A DNA stretch of 64,000 bases from assembly GCA_027491415.1 (NCBI GenBank), contig JAOZFH010000050.1, forward strand, positions 1 to 64,000. Direction: 5' to 3'. Below are positions 1 to 9,230 of the stretch, piece by piece. The notes beneath the pieces were generated by a model. That model was not told the DNA's origin. It saw nothing but the letters and a program-made list of their open reading frames with translations, and did no database searches. Each line of letters starts with the position of its first letter. The first letter of the stretch is position 1. The position numbers and the translations under genes were made by a program. Source of the DNA: Thermoproteota archaeon (GTDB taxonomy: Archaea > Korarchaeota > Korarchaeia > Korarchaeales > Korarchaeaceae).

Positions 1-157
1 TCTCCACCCTCTCCGGGTCCCTGACCACGACCAAGGCGTTGTAGCCGTCCACGGTCTCCTCGGGGGAGGAGGAGACGTAGACGGCCACCAGATCCTCGCC
101 GAGAAGTTCGCTCAGCTTGAGGGCGAAGGACAGGGCGGCCCTTGACCAGCTCGTCAT
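1..157 (-). CDS. Partial gene (runs off window start), possibly nucleotidyltransferase-fold small protein
   Basis: Manual translation MTSWSRAALSFALKLSELLGEDLVAVYVSSSPEETVDGYNALVVVRDPERVE resembles an MNT-like N-terminus (helix, 'LGEDLVAVYV', 'NALVVV'). The 3' end is outside the window. Confidence 0.45.
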   Translation of the reverse strand, partial: MTSWSRAALSFALKLSELLGEDLVAVYVSSSPEETVDGYNALVVVRDPERVE

Positions 158-284
158 CCTAAGGAGGAGCGCCAACGCCGCGACCTCCGAAGGTCGAGCC
201 CATCTGAAGATAAAAAGCGAGGGCTACCGAACGAGGGTCGGTCAGCGAGTCGCGGCGACGGCGCAGAGCCAGAGGTCGGAGCGG

Positions 285-689
285 CTAGGGTAGGACCTCC
301 AGCCCAAGCCTCTTGGCCTGCCTCCGGAGCCTCTCGTCGAACGAGGCGATGGGAAGGTCCTCACTCTGGGCCACAGCAAGCACGACCTTGTCATTGAACC
401 TCGAGAGTGGGCGTCCCTCCTCCCTGAGGATCGCCAGCGCCCACCTGACTGCCTCTCTCCCGCCCGACACGACCCGAGCCCTGTGGTCCCAGGCGTACTC
501 CCACACCTTCTCGACCACGTCGGCCAGGTCGACGTCGAGGCCCCTCATGAGCCACACATACTCGTAGAGCACGATGATGGGTATCACCCACGCGTCTAGG
601 GAGTCCAAGAGTCGCCTAGCCTCTACGTGGAAGATAGAATCCTCGAACGTATCGTAGACCAAGACGTTGGTGTCCAAGACAGCCCTCAA
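285..689 (-). CDS. vapC: PIN-domain toxin (VapC family)
   Basis: N-terminal 'AVLDTNVLVY', acidic PIN residues ('LYEY', 'FNDKVV', 'SFDERL'). Overlaps the upstream AbrB gene by 4 nt. Confidence 0.9.
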   Translation of the reverse strand: MRAVLDTNVLVYDTFEDSIFHVEARRLLDSLDAWVIPIIVLYEYVWLMRGLDVDLADVVEKVWEYAWDHRARVVSGGREAVRWALAILREEGRPLSRFNDKVVLAVAQSEDLPIASFDERLRRQAKRLGLEVLP

Positions 690-916
690 GGCAGGGCCTC
701 CCGCATACCCGCCTCGATCAGCCTCTCGATCTCCTCTGGGGTGAGCCTCCTCCCCGATCTGAGGGTTCTCCGAGTTGGCCTGACCCTTTCCATAACAATT
801 CTCCCCCTGTCGTCGAGGGACACCTCCAGATAGTCCCCCTCACGCAGGCCCACTCTCTCTCTGATCTCCCGGGGGATCGTCACCTGATAGTTCCTGGTGA
901 CCTTGACTCTGGGCAT
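686..916 (-). CDS. vapB: AbrB/MazE-family antitoxin
   Basis: 'KVTRNYQVTIPREIRERVGLREGD' is the AbrB swapped-hairpin signature. Confidence 0.9.
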   Translation of the reverse strand: MPRVKVTRNYQVTIPREIRERVGLREGDYLEVSLDDRGRIVMERVRPTRRTLRSGRRLTPEEIERLIEAGMREALP

Positions 917-919
917 TTT

Positions 920-936
920 TCTAGTAACTTACTAGA
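920..936 (-). promoter_or_regulatory. Operator palindrome of vapBC-1
   Basis: Perfect 8-1-8 inverted repeat TCTAGTAA-C-TTACTAGA, 3 nt upstream of the antitoxin ATG and downstream of an AT-rich TATA region (~948-957). Confidence 0.7.
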
Positions 937-1203
937 TTAACTTCTACTTTAATATTTCTACTAAATCTTGCGTCGCGCTCACAGGGGCTCACCGTCTACA
1001 CGCTGGCCTACTTAGACTGCCTGCCCCGGCGCCGCGCTCTGCATGAAGCATGGGGGGCTGAATACGTCCGCCTCGAGAGAACGCTCAGGTGGGACCGCGA
1101 GGGGCTCGGTGGAAAAACCTACATAGCGCCCTGAAGCTTCCATCAGGCGGGTAAGCCGTTAAGAGAATAGAGAATGTTGAGATCCCAGAGGAGTAGATCC
1201 GAT

Positions 1204-1812
1204 ATGATCGGTAAGATCAGGTATTTTGAGAGACCGGGCTCTGAGAACACACCGATGAAGTCAACGAGGCCGTGGCGGAGGGGCTGATGAGAGGTAACAT
1301 CAACTACCTAATAGTCGCGTCGATCTCTGGGAGGACGGCCATAAGGTTCGCAGAGAAGGCCGGGAAAGCTAAGGTCGTGTGCGTGCCCGGCCCCCCACAG
1401 TGGGACTGCGAGATGGGAGGGGGAAGGTGGCCTTACATCCCAGAGGACGTAAGAGCGAGGCTGGAGGAGCTTGGAGTCCAGATCGTTGACCGCGCACCCA
1501 CGACCTCGCGGGAGGCTCTGTTGACTACAGCCTAGCTAGGTACGGGTACACGCCGCCCTCTTGGTCGGTCGTGGAGACCCTTATCATGGTGGGGGGCTAC
1601 GGCCTCAAGACAGCCGTCGAGGTGTCGCTGATGGCCTGGCTGGACTTTGGCGCAGTGCCCCCGGGAGTCGAGGCTATAGCGGTCGACGGCACGCTCAACA
1701 GAGCGCCGACACGGTCGTCGTGCTGAAGACCGCCTACTCCTCGCAGAGGTCAAGAGGGGGACAGCCTCGAGTAGAGCCTGCGACCAGATCTGGCCCCTGC
1801 AGATCAGGATGA
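1204..1812 (+). pseudogene. MTH1675-like pyruvate-kinase C-terminal (alpha/beta) domain protein, frameshifted
   Basis: Family motifs are split over different frames: MIGKIRYFERPGSENT (1204), IVASISGRTA, GGYGLKTAVEVSLMA (~1590) and ADTVVVLKTAYS. Confidence 0.7.
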
Positions 1813-1899
1813 GTTCCCCGTGGAAGTGCCGCGGGCAGTTCAAACTCTCTGGGAGGCTGGGCACAACTTATTATATCGCGTGCTAGGGTGTGAGGCCCT

Positions 1900-2712
1900 G
1901 TGAGCAAGCAGGTCGTTGCGGTGATAGGCGCCGGCGCCATAGGAGGAGCCGTCGCTACCGCCCTAGCGGAGTCGGGCTGGAGGGTTGTCGCAACCAGGAG
2001 GAGGATCGAGAGGGCGAGGCACCTGGCGGAGAAGGGTGTGGAACTCACATCCGACAACAGGCGGGCGGCCAGGGAGGCAGACGTGATCATACTCGCGGTC
2101 AAGCCGCACAAGGCCGCGGGAGTGGCGGCAGAGATATCTGAAGAGATCAAAGGGAAGCTCCTGATATCCCTGGCAGCGGCCGTCAGCACCGAGACCTTGG
2201 GGAAGGCTGCGCCGGGGGCCAGGGTCATAAGGGCCATGCCCAACATAGCCGTGTCGGTCAGGGAGTCTTTCACGGCCTTTTGCAGGGGACCCAGAGTCAC
2301 GGACGAGGATGTGAAGCTCTTCAAGGAGCTGTTTGGGTGTATGGGGACGTGCGAAGAGGTTCACGAGGAGCTGATGGACGCAGTCACCGCGCTGAGCGGG
2401 AGCGGGCCCGCCTACGCCGCCCTCTTCATAGAGGCCCTGATGTACGCCGGGCTGAAGGTCGGTCTGCCGAGGGACGTCGCCCTGAAGTCCGCGGCCCAGA
2501 CCATGCTGGGGGCAGCCAGGATGGTGCTGGAGCAGGGGGTCCACCCGGCCCAGCTCAAGGAGATGGTGGTTACCCCCGGGGGCACCACGATAGAGGGGAT
2601 ATTCTACATTGAAGAGGGCGGGGTCAGGTCCTCGGTGATGAAGGCCGTGGAGGCGGCCACAGAGAGGGCAAAGACTTTGAGCAGGTTGATAAACGGGCAG
2701 TCAAGGCCCTGA
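1900..2712 (+). CDS. proC: Pyrroline-5-carboxylate reductase
   Basis: Rossmann GAGAIG, 'LAVKP', 'RAMPN', 'ALSGSGPAY', 'VTPGGTT'. Confidence 0.95.
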   Translation: MSKQVVAVIGAGAIGGAVATALAESGWRVVATRRRIERARHLAEKGVELTSDNRRAAREADVIILAVKPHKAAGVAAEISEEIKGKLLISLAAAVSTETLGKAAPGARVIRAMPNIAVSVRESFTAFCRGPRVTDEDVKLFKELFGCMGTCEEVHEELMDAVTALSGSGPAYAALFIEALMYAGLKVGLPRDVALKSAAQTMLGAARMVLEQGVHPAQLKEMVVTPGGTTIEGIFYIEEGGVRSSVMKAVEAATERAKTLSRLINGQSRP

Positions 2713-2714
2713 GC

Positions 2715-2720
2715 TTTTTT
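2715..2720 (+). terminator. Oligo-T archaeal terminator after proC
   Basis: TTTTTT 2 nt after the stop codon, between convergent genes. Confidence 0.5.
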
Positions 2721-2760
2721 GGTGAGAAAGCAAGAAAGGGGGTGAGCCCCGGCCTGGGGC

Positions 2761-3000
2761 TCAGCCCTCCACCTCCTCGACGTGTATGATCTGGACCGGG
2801 CAGGCGTCGGCGGCCTGCTTCACGCAGTCGCCGAGGTCCTCCGGCACCACGCCGGTCCCTATGTCGTCGGTCCTGTACTCCTCGACGATCTGGGACTTCC
2901 CGTCGTCGGGGTTCATCTCGAAGACCTGGGGGCAGAGGGCCCAGCACACGCCGTCGCTGATGCACTGGTCCCTGTCTATGGTCACCTTGAACTTGGGCAT
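2761..3000 (-). CDS. fdx: Monocluster ferredoxin (CxxDxxC type)
   Basis: MPKFKVTIDRDQCISDGVCWALCPQVF...AADACPVQII. True start is ATG at 3000 (79 aa); the ORF-track extension is spurious. Confidence 0.92.
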   Translation of the reverse strand: MPKFKVTIDRDQCISDGVCWALCPQVFEMNPDDGKSQIVEEYRTDDIGTGVVPEDLGDCVKQAADACPVQIIHVEEVEG

Positions 3001-3333
3001 ATGACACCGCCGGGGCGACCTGCTAAAATTCTTTACCACTCCGAGGTGCGACCGGCGAGGGCGCCTGATACGCCCCCGGAGTCTGCGTCCCAGGCCAAGA
3101 TCGGGCCTGTCTGAACGGGAGGTGCATAACCCCTCTACAACTGGCGGAGATTCCAGTGGAATGTGCAACGTCCTACGAGGTCAGCCCCTGACGTCAACAA
3201 ACTCGAACTGCTTAAATGCTGGCCGGAGGGGGCGCATGGCCGGGGCCAGGATCGCACGGCGTGTGGAGGTGGCCCGGCAGGTTGGGCGCTTCCGCGACTG
3301 CCGGTCGGAGGCAATGGGTGGTGATTCGGTTAG

Positions 3334-3957
3334 ATGAGCGCGAGCCGCGCCGGACATGCTGAGGTAGTGCTCGTTGTCGGCGAGCCGCGGTCCGGGAAGG
3401 GCGTGCTGGTCAAGATGATCAGCAATGAACTCAAGTCGCGTGGGTACGCCACCCTCACGCTCGGCATAGACCTAGAGGATGCCGCCAGGGAGGGAAGGCT
3501 GACCTGGCTCAGGGAGGCCCTTCGGACGGCCGCAAGGGAGGGAAACGTTCACTTCATCGTGATGAGCCTGAGGGGGAGGAGGCTGGAGGAGAACTCGAGG
3601 CTCTCCGAAGAGGAGATGGACATCCTCCGGTACTCCAGATACGTCGTCATCTGCACCAGGGAGGACGGGGGCCAGGCCAGGGCGTGGAAGGAGCTCATAG
3701 GGTCCCTCTCTCCCGAAGCCAAGGTTGTGGCGAGCCTCACTAGCGTCTTCCCAGACCCCAATGGGTCCAGGGCGTGGTGGGTAGACGTGGGGGGCGTCAT
3801 CTCCGGGAAGATAAGCCACCTGGACGAGGAAGCCTATCTCGAAGGCAGGATACCCACAGTGTCTAAGAGAATCGTCAGGAGCGTGGCTAGGGCAATCCTC
3901 AAGAGGACGGGCGTTGAGGAGGAGGGAGGAGCGGAGGGGGGTGAGGGAGGAGGGTAG
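3334..3957 (+). CDS. Hypothetical P-loop-like protein
   Basis: Hydrophobic strand followed by Walker-A-like GEPRSGKG; normal coding composition. Confidence 0.65.
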   Translation: MSASRAGHAEVVLVVGEPRSGKGVLVKMISNELKSRGYATLTLGIDLEDAAREGRLTWLREALRTAAREGNVHFIVMSLRGRRLEENSRLSEEEMDILRYSRYVVICTREDGGQARAWKELIGSLSPEAKVVASLTSVFPDPNGSRAWWVDVGGVISGKISHLDEEAYLEGRIPTVSKRIVRSVARAILKRTGVEEEGGAEGGEGGG

Positions 3958-4045
3958 GGGGCTCTGCTCGCACCCCAAAGGAGGGCGGGATCCGGCCGGG
4001 TGACCGCATTTTTAGGATTGGCGTGGCCGCCTCAACCGACCCACC

Positions 4046-5329
4046 ATGGCGAAGACCTCTCGCATTCCGGGTTTCTACAGGCTGCCCATAGAGGAGAGGA
4101 TTGAGACCGTCAGGGAGTTCGCCGACCTTAGCCAGGAGGAGGTTGAGCTCCTCCGGAAGGAGGGGCCGCTCCCAATGGACGTGGCCGACAGGATGATCGA
4201 GAACGTCATCGGGACCTGGCCGCTTCCTTTCGCGGTCGCGACCAACTTCCTGATCAACGGGAGAGACTACCTCGTGCCCATGGCCATCGAGGAGCCGTCG
4301 GTCGTGGCGGCGGCCAGCAACGCCGCAAAGATGGCCAGGCCCTCAGGGGGGTTCAGGGCAAGCTCCACCGAGTCGATAATGATCGGGCAGATCCAGCTGG
4401 TCGACGTCCCCAACCCAGAGGAGGCCAGGGTTCAGATCCTCATGGAGAGGGACAGGATCCTGGAGATAGCCAACGAGCAGGACCCCGTGCTCGTGAAGTT
4501 CGGGGGCGGGGCCAGGGACGTGGAGGTCAGGGTCATCGAGACGGGCGTCGGGCCCATGGTCATCGTCCACCTGCTGGTGGACGTGAGGGACGCCATGGGG
4601 GCCAACGCCATTAACACGATGGCCGAGGCCGTGGCCCCGTTCCTGGAGAGGATCACCAAGGGGAGGGCCCTGCTGAGGATAATCTCCAACCTGGCCGACC
4701 GCAGGCTGGCCAGGGCGCACGCTGTGTTCAGGGCCGAGGACATAGGAGGCGAGGAGGTGGTGGACGGCATAGTCTACGCCTACGAGTTCGCCGCCAACGA
4801 CCCCTACAGGGCGGCCACTCACAACAAGGGCATCATGAACGGGGTCATAGCGGTCGCGAGGGCGACTGGACAGGACACCAGGGCGATCGAGGCCGGGGCC
4901 CACTCCTACGCCGCGAGGTTCGGCAGGTACACGAGCCTCAGCACCTGGTGGAAGAACGAGGACGGGGACCTCGAGGGATACCTGGAGATGCCGATGGCGG
5001 TCGGAGTGGTCGGCGGCGTGACGAAGGTGCACCCAGTCGCCAGGCTGGCCCTGAAGGTACTCGGGATAAAGACGGCGAGGGAGCTGGCCGAGGTCATGGT
5101 CGCCGTCGGCCTCGCCCAGAACTTCGCGGCCCTGAGGGCCCTCGCCACGGAGGGCATCCAGGCCGGTCACATGAAGCTCCACGCCAGGAACGTGGCCATG
5201 GCTGTCGGGGCGGTCGGAGAGGAGGTCGACCTTGTCGTGGAGAGGCTCGTGAGGATGAAGAAGATCCGAGAGGACGTGGCCAGGGAGGTCCTAAGCGAGG
5301 TCAGGAGGGAGAGGGCCGGCGGCGGGTGA
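4046..5329 (+). CDS. mvaA: Class II (degradative-type) HMG-CoA reductase
   Basis: ENVIG, EEPSVVAA, DAMGAN, THNKGIMNG, GLAQN, GIQAGHMKLH motifs. Confidence 0.95.
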   Translation: MAKTSRIPGFYRLPIEERIETVREFADLSQEEVELLRKEGPLPMDVADRMIENVIGTWPLPFAVATNFLINGRDYLVPMAIEEPSVVAAASNAAKMARPSGGFRASSTESIMIGQIQLVDVPNPEEARVQILMERDRILEIANEQDPVLVKFGGGARDVEVRVIETGVGPMVIVHLLVDVRDAMGANAINTMAEAVAPFLERITKGRALLRIISNLADRRLARAHAVFRAEDIGGEEVVDGIVYAYEFAANDPYRAATHNKGIMNGVIAVARATGQDTRAIEAGAHSYAARFGRYTSLSTWWKNEDGDLEGYLEMPMAVGVVGGVTKVHPVARLALKVLGIKTARELAEVMVAVGLAQNFAALRALATEGIQAGHMKLHARNVAMAVGAVGEEVDLVVERLVRMKKIREDVAREVLSEVRRERAGGG

Positions 5330-5366
5330 GAGCCAGCCAGCCTCTCCCCGGCGGCGGGCGAGGCCC

Positions 5367-5660
5367 ATGGAGGATATGACTTGGGATGAGCTGATCGAGG
5401 AGACCCTGGGCAGCAGGGGGAGGATCAGGATACTGAGGGTGCTCGCCAGGAGGGGTCAGGTCAACATGAGCCGCCTTGCCAGGGAGTGTGGGCTCAGCTA
5501 CGAATCGACCAAGTCGCACGTGGACAGACTCAGGGAACTCGGGCTCGTGGACGTGAGGAGGGTGGGGAGGGTCGTCCTGATAAGGATCAGCGACCACCCA
5601 CTCTCCGTCATGCTCAGGGACATTCTCTTGGGGCCGGAGCGGATCCGAGAGGGTCCCTGA
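5367..5660 (+). CDS. Winged-helix (ArsR-like) transcription factor
   Basis: 'LGSRGRIRILRVL...NMSRLARECGLSYESTKSHVDRLRELGLV' wHTH pattern. Confidence 0.8.
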   Translation: MEDMTWDELIEETLGSRGRIRILRVLARRGQVNMSRLARECGLSYESTKSHVDRLRELGLVDVRRVGRVVLIRISDHPLSVMLRDILLGPERIREGP

Positions 5661-5738
5661 GAGTCGGCCGCACTTGTGACCGACCGCCGGGGCCGATGCT
5701 CACGGTTTATTTGATCCGGGAGAGGTTTGGGTTCAACG

Positions 5739-6613
5739 TTGGGAGACGCCAGTCGCACGACAGGGCTCCGCTTGATGAGAGCGAACCAATTGCCGTACGT
5801 TCTGGATCTCAGCCGGAGAGGGAGGTTCGGGATCAGCATGACCGTGTTCAGGAGGGGTGAGTGGGACCGCTTGTGGGATGGGCAGGCGGTGGTTCGCCGC
5901 CGAGATTCCGCGGGTCCTGGAGGAGGAAAGGGAGTTTTACTCCCTCCCAGAGTATGCGATAGCCGGAGCTTCGAGGGCTCCCGACTCCCTCCTTCGACCC
6001 CGCATCGCCCACTCTCGGGATGAGCCCTGCCACCCAGTCCCACCCTTCGGCAGGAGACACGGGTTCTCCGATCCGAGGGAGGCGAGCGCGTGGGTCAGGA
6101 GAGACACCAAAACGCCCACCCTCGGAGCCGAGGCGGCGACCGGCCTGGGCTACTCCAAGCTGGTGCCCCTCCTGTCGTGCGTGGGTGAGTTCATCAGGTC
6201 TCGGCTATGGGGCCATCGAGTCGAGGAACGACACCGCCCTGAACATCCCCTTGGCCATAGACGCCGGTCTAGGAAAGCTGGGCGGGAGCGGGCTTCTGAT
6301 AACTCCGCAGTTTGGCCCGAGGGTAAGGCTCTGCAAGGTGCTCACCGACCTCCCGATGGAGCCCGATGGCCCGATCGAGTTCGGCGTCAGGGAGTTCTGC
6401 AGGAGGTGCAAGCTCTGCGCGGAGAGCTGCGAGGTCGGGGCCATCCCGAAGGACAATGAGCCCGAGTTAGAGGGGCTGACCAAGTCGAACAACCCGAGGG
6501 CCCTGAAGTGGTACATTGACCCGGAGAGGTGCCACCTCCACTGGTGCGAGAACGGGGAGTCCTGCTCCACCTGCATGGCGGTGTGCCCCTACAGCAAGTT
6601 GGAGGCCCGCTGA
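5739..6613 (+). pseudogene. Reductive dehalogenase-like (RdhA/QueG superfamily) Fe-S/cobalamin protein, disrupted
   Basis: C-terminal part is intact: IPLAIDAGLG, LLITPQFGPRVRL, CRRCKLCAESC and CSTCMAVCP. Upstream pieces (TVFRRGEWD; FSDPREAS; AATGLGYSK..FIRS) are in other frames, with frameshifts near 5885 and 6198 and an apparent internal deletion near 6105. Confidence 0.75.
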
Positions 6614-6615
6614 GC

Positions 6616-7380
6616 TCACCTCCCGGCCAATAGGAGGGTGCCCGCCTCTCCCGCGAGGGCCCTCCTCAGGTCACCCGCGGAGGCATAGCCAGCGACCCTG
6701 ACCTCTATCCCACTGGACGCCAGCCTGAATCCCTTCCTGAGCTTCTCGGCCATCCCCCCGGTGACGTCTGCCCTGCCGGAGCCGCCCGCGTACTCCAGGA
6801 CGTCTGGGCCAGCCGTCTCCAAGACCTCGCCGTCTGGACCCAACACGCCTGGGACGTCGACCAGGAAGACGACGCGTCTGATCAGGGGGGCGAGGACTAT
6901 GGGGGCGTCGTCCGCCGAGAATATGGCGGCCCCCCTCGTCTGGTGCATGACCACATCCCCGAACGTAACGGGGAGGAACCCCCTCTCGATGGCCATCCTC
7001 ATGGGGGTGATCTCGCCGTCCCAGCCGGAGTCGGTGCCGTAGACGTACGAGCGCGGCGAGAAGGAAATGGCTGGCACGCCCTGCTTTAGGAGCCCCTCCA
7101 CTATTACGAAGTTCAGCCGGAGGGCAGACTGGGCTGTGAGGGCCGACGGAAGCTCCTTACCCTCCTGGAGACCCCTGTCTAGCCCAGCCCTCTTGGCCAG
7201 TGGGTGCCCGAAGCTCCCTGCGCCGTTCGCGAGGATCAGGGGCTCACCCTCCGAGTATACCTCGGCCACCTCCCTGACCAGGTCTGAGATGACAGATCCC
7301 CTCAGGGTGGGCTCAGGGGCGTCCTTCACCGTTATGACCGAGCCGCCCACTTTGATGAAAGTCGCCGTGACCCTCGGCAT
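6616..7380 (-). CDS. ipk: Isopentenyl phosphate kinase
   Basis: IKVGGSVITVK, GAGSFGH, FGDVV, SADD, DVTGGMAEK (amino-acid-kinase fold, IPK motifs). Confidence 0.88.
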   Translation of the reverse strand: MPRVTATFIKVGGSVITVKDAPEPTLRGSVISDLVREVAEVYSEGEPLILANGAGSFGHPLAKRAGLDRGLQEGKELPSALTAQSALRLNFVIVEGLLKQGVPAISFSPRSYVYGTDSGWDGEITPMRMAIERGFLPVTFGDVVMHQTRGAAIFSADDAPIVLAPLIRRVVFLVDVPGVLGPDGEVLETAGPDVLEYAGGSGRADVTGGMAEKLRKGFRLASSGIEVRVAGYASAGDLRRALAGEAGTLLLAGR

Positions 7381-7441
7381 CCGCGTGGGTCCCAGGTGGC
7401 AAGCTTATTTCACATTTCCCCACCGGCCGCGGGGGAGCCCA

Positions 7442-7837
7442 ATGACCGGGCGCAGCATCGAGGTGGGAATGGAGGCCGAGAGGAGGTTCAAGGTCACCGA
7501 GGACATGGCGGCCTCGTTCATCGGGAGCGGTGACGTCTCCGTGCTGTCCACGCCCTCCATGATCGCCCTCATGGAGACAACGGCGAGGGACCTCGTGCAG
7601 CCGCACCTGCCGCCCGAGGAGACCACCGTTGGAACTGCCGTGAACGTCAGACACCTCGCGCCGGCGCCGGTGGGCGGAGAGGTGACCGTGAAGGCCAAGC
7701 TCATTGAGGTCGATAGGAGGAGGCTCATCTTCGGGGTCAAGTGCCTCTACGGTGACACGCTGGTTGGAGAGGGGACCCACGAGCGGTTCATCGTGAACAG
7801 GCAGAAGTTCCTATCCAAGCTCTCCGGATCCAGGTGA
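7442..7837 (+). CDS. Hot-dog thioesterase (FlK/fluoroacetyl-CoA thioesterase family)
   Basis: GSGDVSVLSTPSMIALME, TVG..V.VRHLAP, GEGTHER. Start re-set to ATG 7442. Confidence 0.88.
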   Translation: MTGRSIEVGMEAERRFKVTEDMAASFIGSGDVSVLSTPSMIALMETTARDLVQPHLPPEETTVGTAVNVRHLAPAPVGGEVTVKAKLIEVDRRRLIFGVKCLYGDTLVGEGTHERFIVNRQKFLSKLSGSR

Positions 7838-7906
7838 CGGGCCGACGCCTGCCTCCTAGCGGAAAGCTTAGGAGGGCGAAAAATAGGGGAAAAAGGGGCC
7901 GGAGGG

Positions 7907-9073
7907 TCACCTCCTCCTCAGGAGGAGTATCACCACTACGGCCGCGACAACCACTATCGCTATCAGGGCCACCCACTTGAGCTCCAGGGAAGGCCCAGAG
8001 GGCTGTGGAGTCGGTATCTCCAGCGGCTCGACGTAGACCTGAGCGGAGGCCTCGGCCGTGCCGTAGCCCTCCTTCGTGGCCTTGACGGTTAGCGTGACTG
8101 TCTGACCGGCGTACTTCTGGAGTACCTCGCTGTCTATTCTGATCTTGTAGAGTCCCACATCCGCCCTCCTGGCCTCGCCGGAATCCTGCCCGAACGTCCA
8201 GGTCACCTCAGCGTCGAGCGGTATCTCGAGGCCGTCAAGTACAGTGGCCTCGGCCAGCAGCCTGGTCTTGGCCCTGTCAGGCGCGGCGAGGTCCACGCTG
8301 ATGGAGTAGGACTGTGACAAGTCAGGAGGCTCAACCCCGGCCAGCGTGATCGCCGTCCACCAGACCCTCGCGACGGCCACTATAGCCCTGCTGGCCTGCT
8401 CGCTGATCAGGTCCCTCAGGTCGTCGCTCCACTCCCTGTCGTCGCTCGGGTCATTCGGGTCCCCGATGAGGGTGGCGTTGAGCCTCGCTACCTTCTGGTT
8501 GCTGTCAACGATTATCTCGAAGGCGAACTGAGTGAGGTTATCGATGGGCTCGATCGAGGCGGACAGGTCGAGGGTGAGCTCACTCCAGTGCTTCTCGACC
8601 AGGGAGTCGGCGAGGCCGTGCTTGTCCATCGGGTTGTAGTTCACGGTGGCGTGGTAGGGCTGGTGGGCATCCTCGACATAGTGGGCCACCCTGCCGGCCA
8701 GCGCCAGGGCTTCGAACCAGTCGCCCCTCTTCAGGGCCTCAACCATGGCCATGGTGTAGTTGTGGACCGCTTGAGGCAGAACTCCGTCCCGGTAGGTCCT
8801 CTTCTCTGGAGGTATCTCCAGGTCGTAGTAGTGCCTGGGCTCCTCCATCGGATCCTCCGCCTTGTAGATGGAGTCCGGCCAGACGCACGTTTCGTTGAGG
8901 AAGTAGGCGTAGTGCTCAAAGAACTGCCGCCACTCGGGGTCGGGTATGAGCTTGATGGCCTCCGTGGTCATGAGCCTGTGTCCGTTGGACCACCAGGCCT
9001 GGGACTGGTACACAGGGAGGAATGACAGAACCACGCCAACCGCTAGTGCTGCCGCAACGGCCTTCCTCCTCAT
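7907..9073 (-). CDS. Secreted, C-terminally anchored Zn-dependent S1/P1 nuclease / phospholipase C family protein
   Basis: Signal peptide ending just before W (A-WWSNGH), WPD, HYYD, HYVEDAHQPYH; C-terminal Ig-like segment, TM helix and RRR. Confidence 0.82.
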   Translation of the reverse strand: MRRKAVAAALAVGVVLSFLPVYQSQAWWSNGHRLMTTEAIKLIPDPEWRQFFEHYAYFLNETCVWPDSIYKAEDPMEEPRHYYDLEIPPEKRTYRDGVLPQAVHNYTMAMVEALKRGDWFEALALAGRVAHYVEDAHQPYHATVNYNPMDKHGLADSLVEKHWSELTLDLSASIEPIDNLTQFAFEIIVDSNQKVARLNATLIGDPNDPSDDREWSDDLRDLISEQASRAIVAVARVWWTAITLAGVEPPDLSQSYSISVDLAAPDRAKTRLLAEATVLDGLEIPLDAEVTWTFGQDSGEARRADVGLYKIRIDSEVLQKYAGQTVTLTVKATKEGYGTAEASAQVYVEPLEIPTPQPSGPSLELKWVALIAIVVVAAVVVILLLRRR

Positions 9074-9230
9074 ATTCGACCCCGAGGCCAGCCTCCACAG
9101 CTATCTAATATTCGTTCGCGGCGGTGTGCCGCCTCCGGCCGTTCCAGTACAGAGCCAAGGGACCAGAAGGTCGCTCGGCGACTCAGACCGCGATAAGTTC
9201 AAATCCTTGAGTTGAAGGCCCGCTGTCAAG

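Noticed and set aside
9190-9215. GTTCAAATCC resembling a tRNA T-loop
   Set aside because: No T-stem, acceptor stem or cloverleaf around it; it lies in a promoter region.
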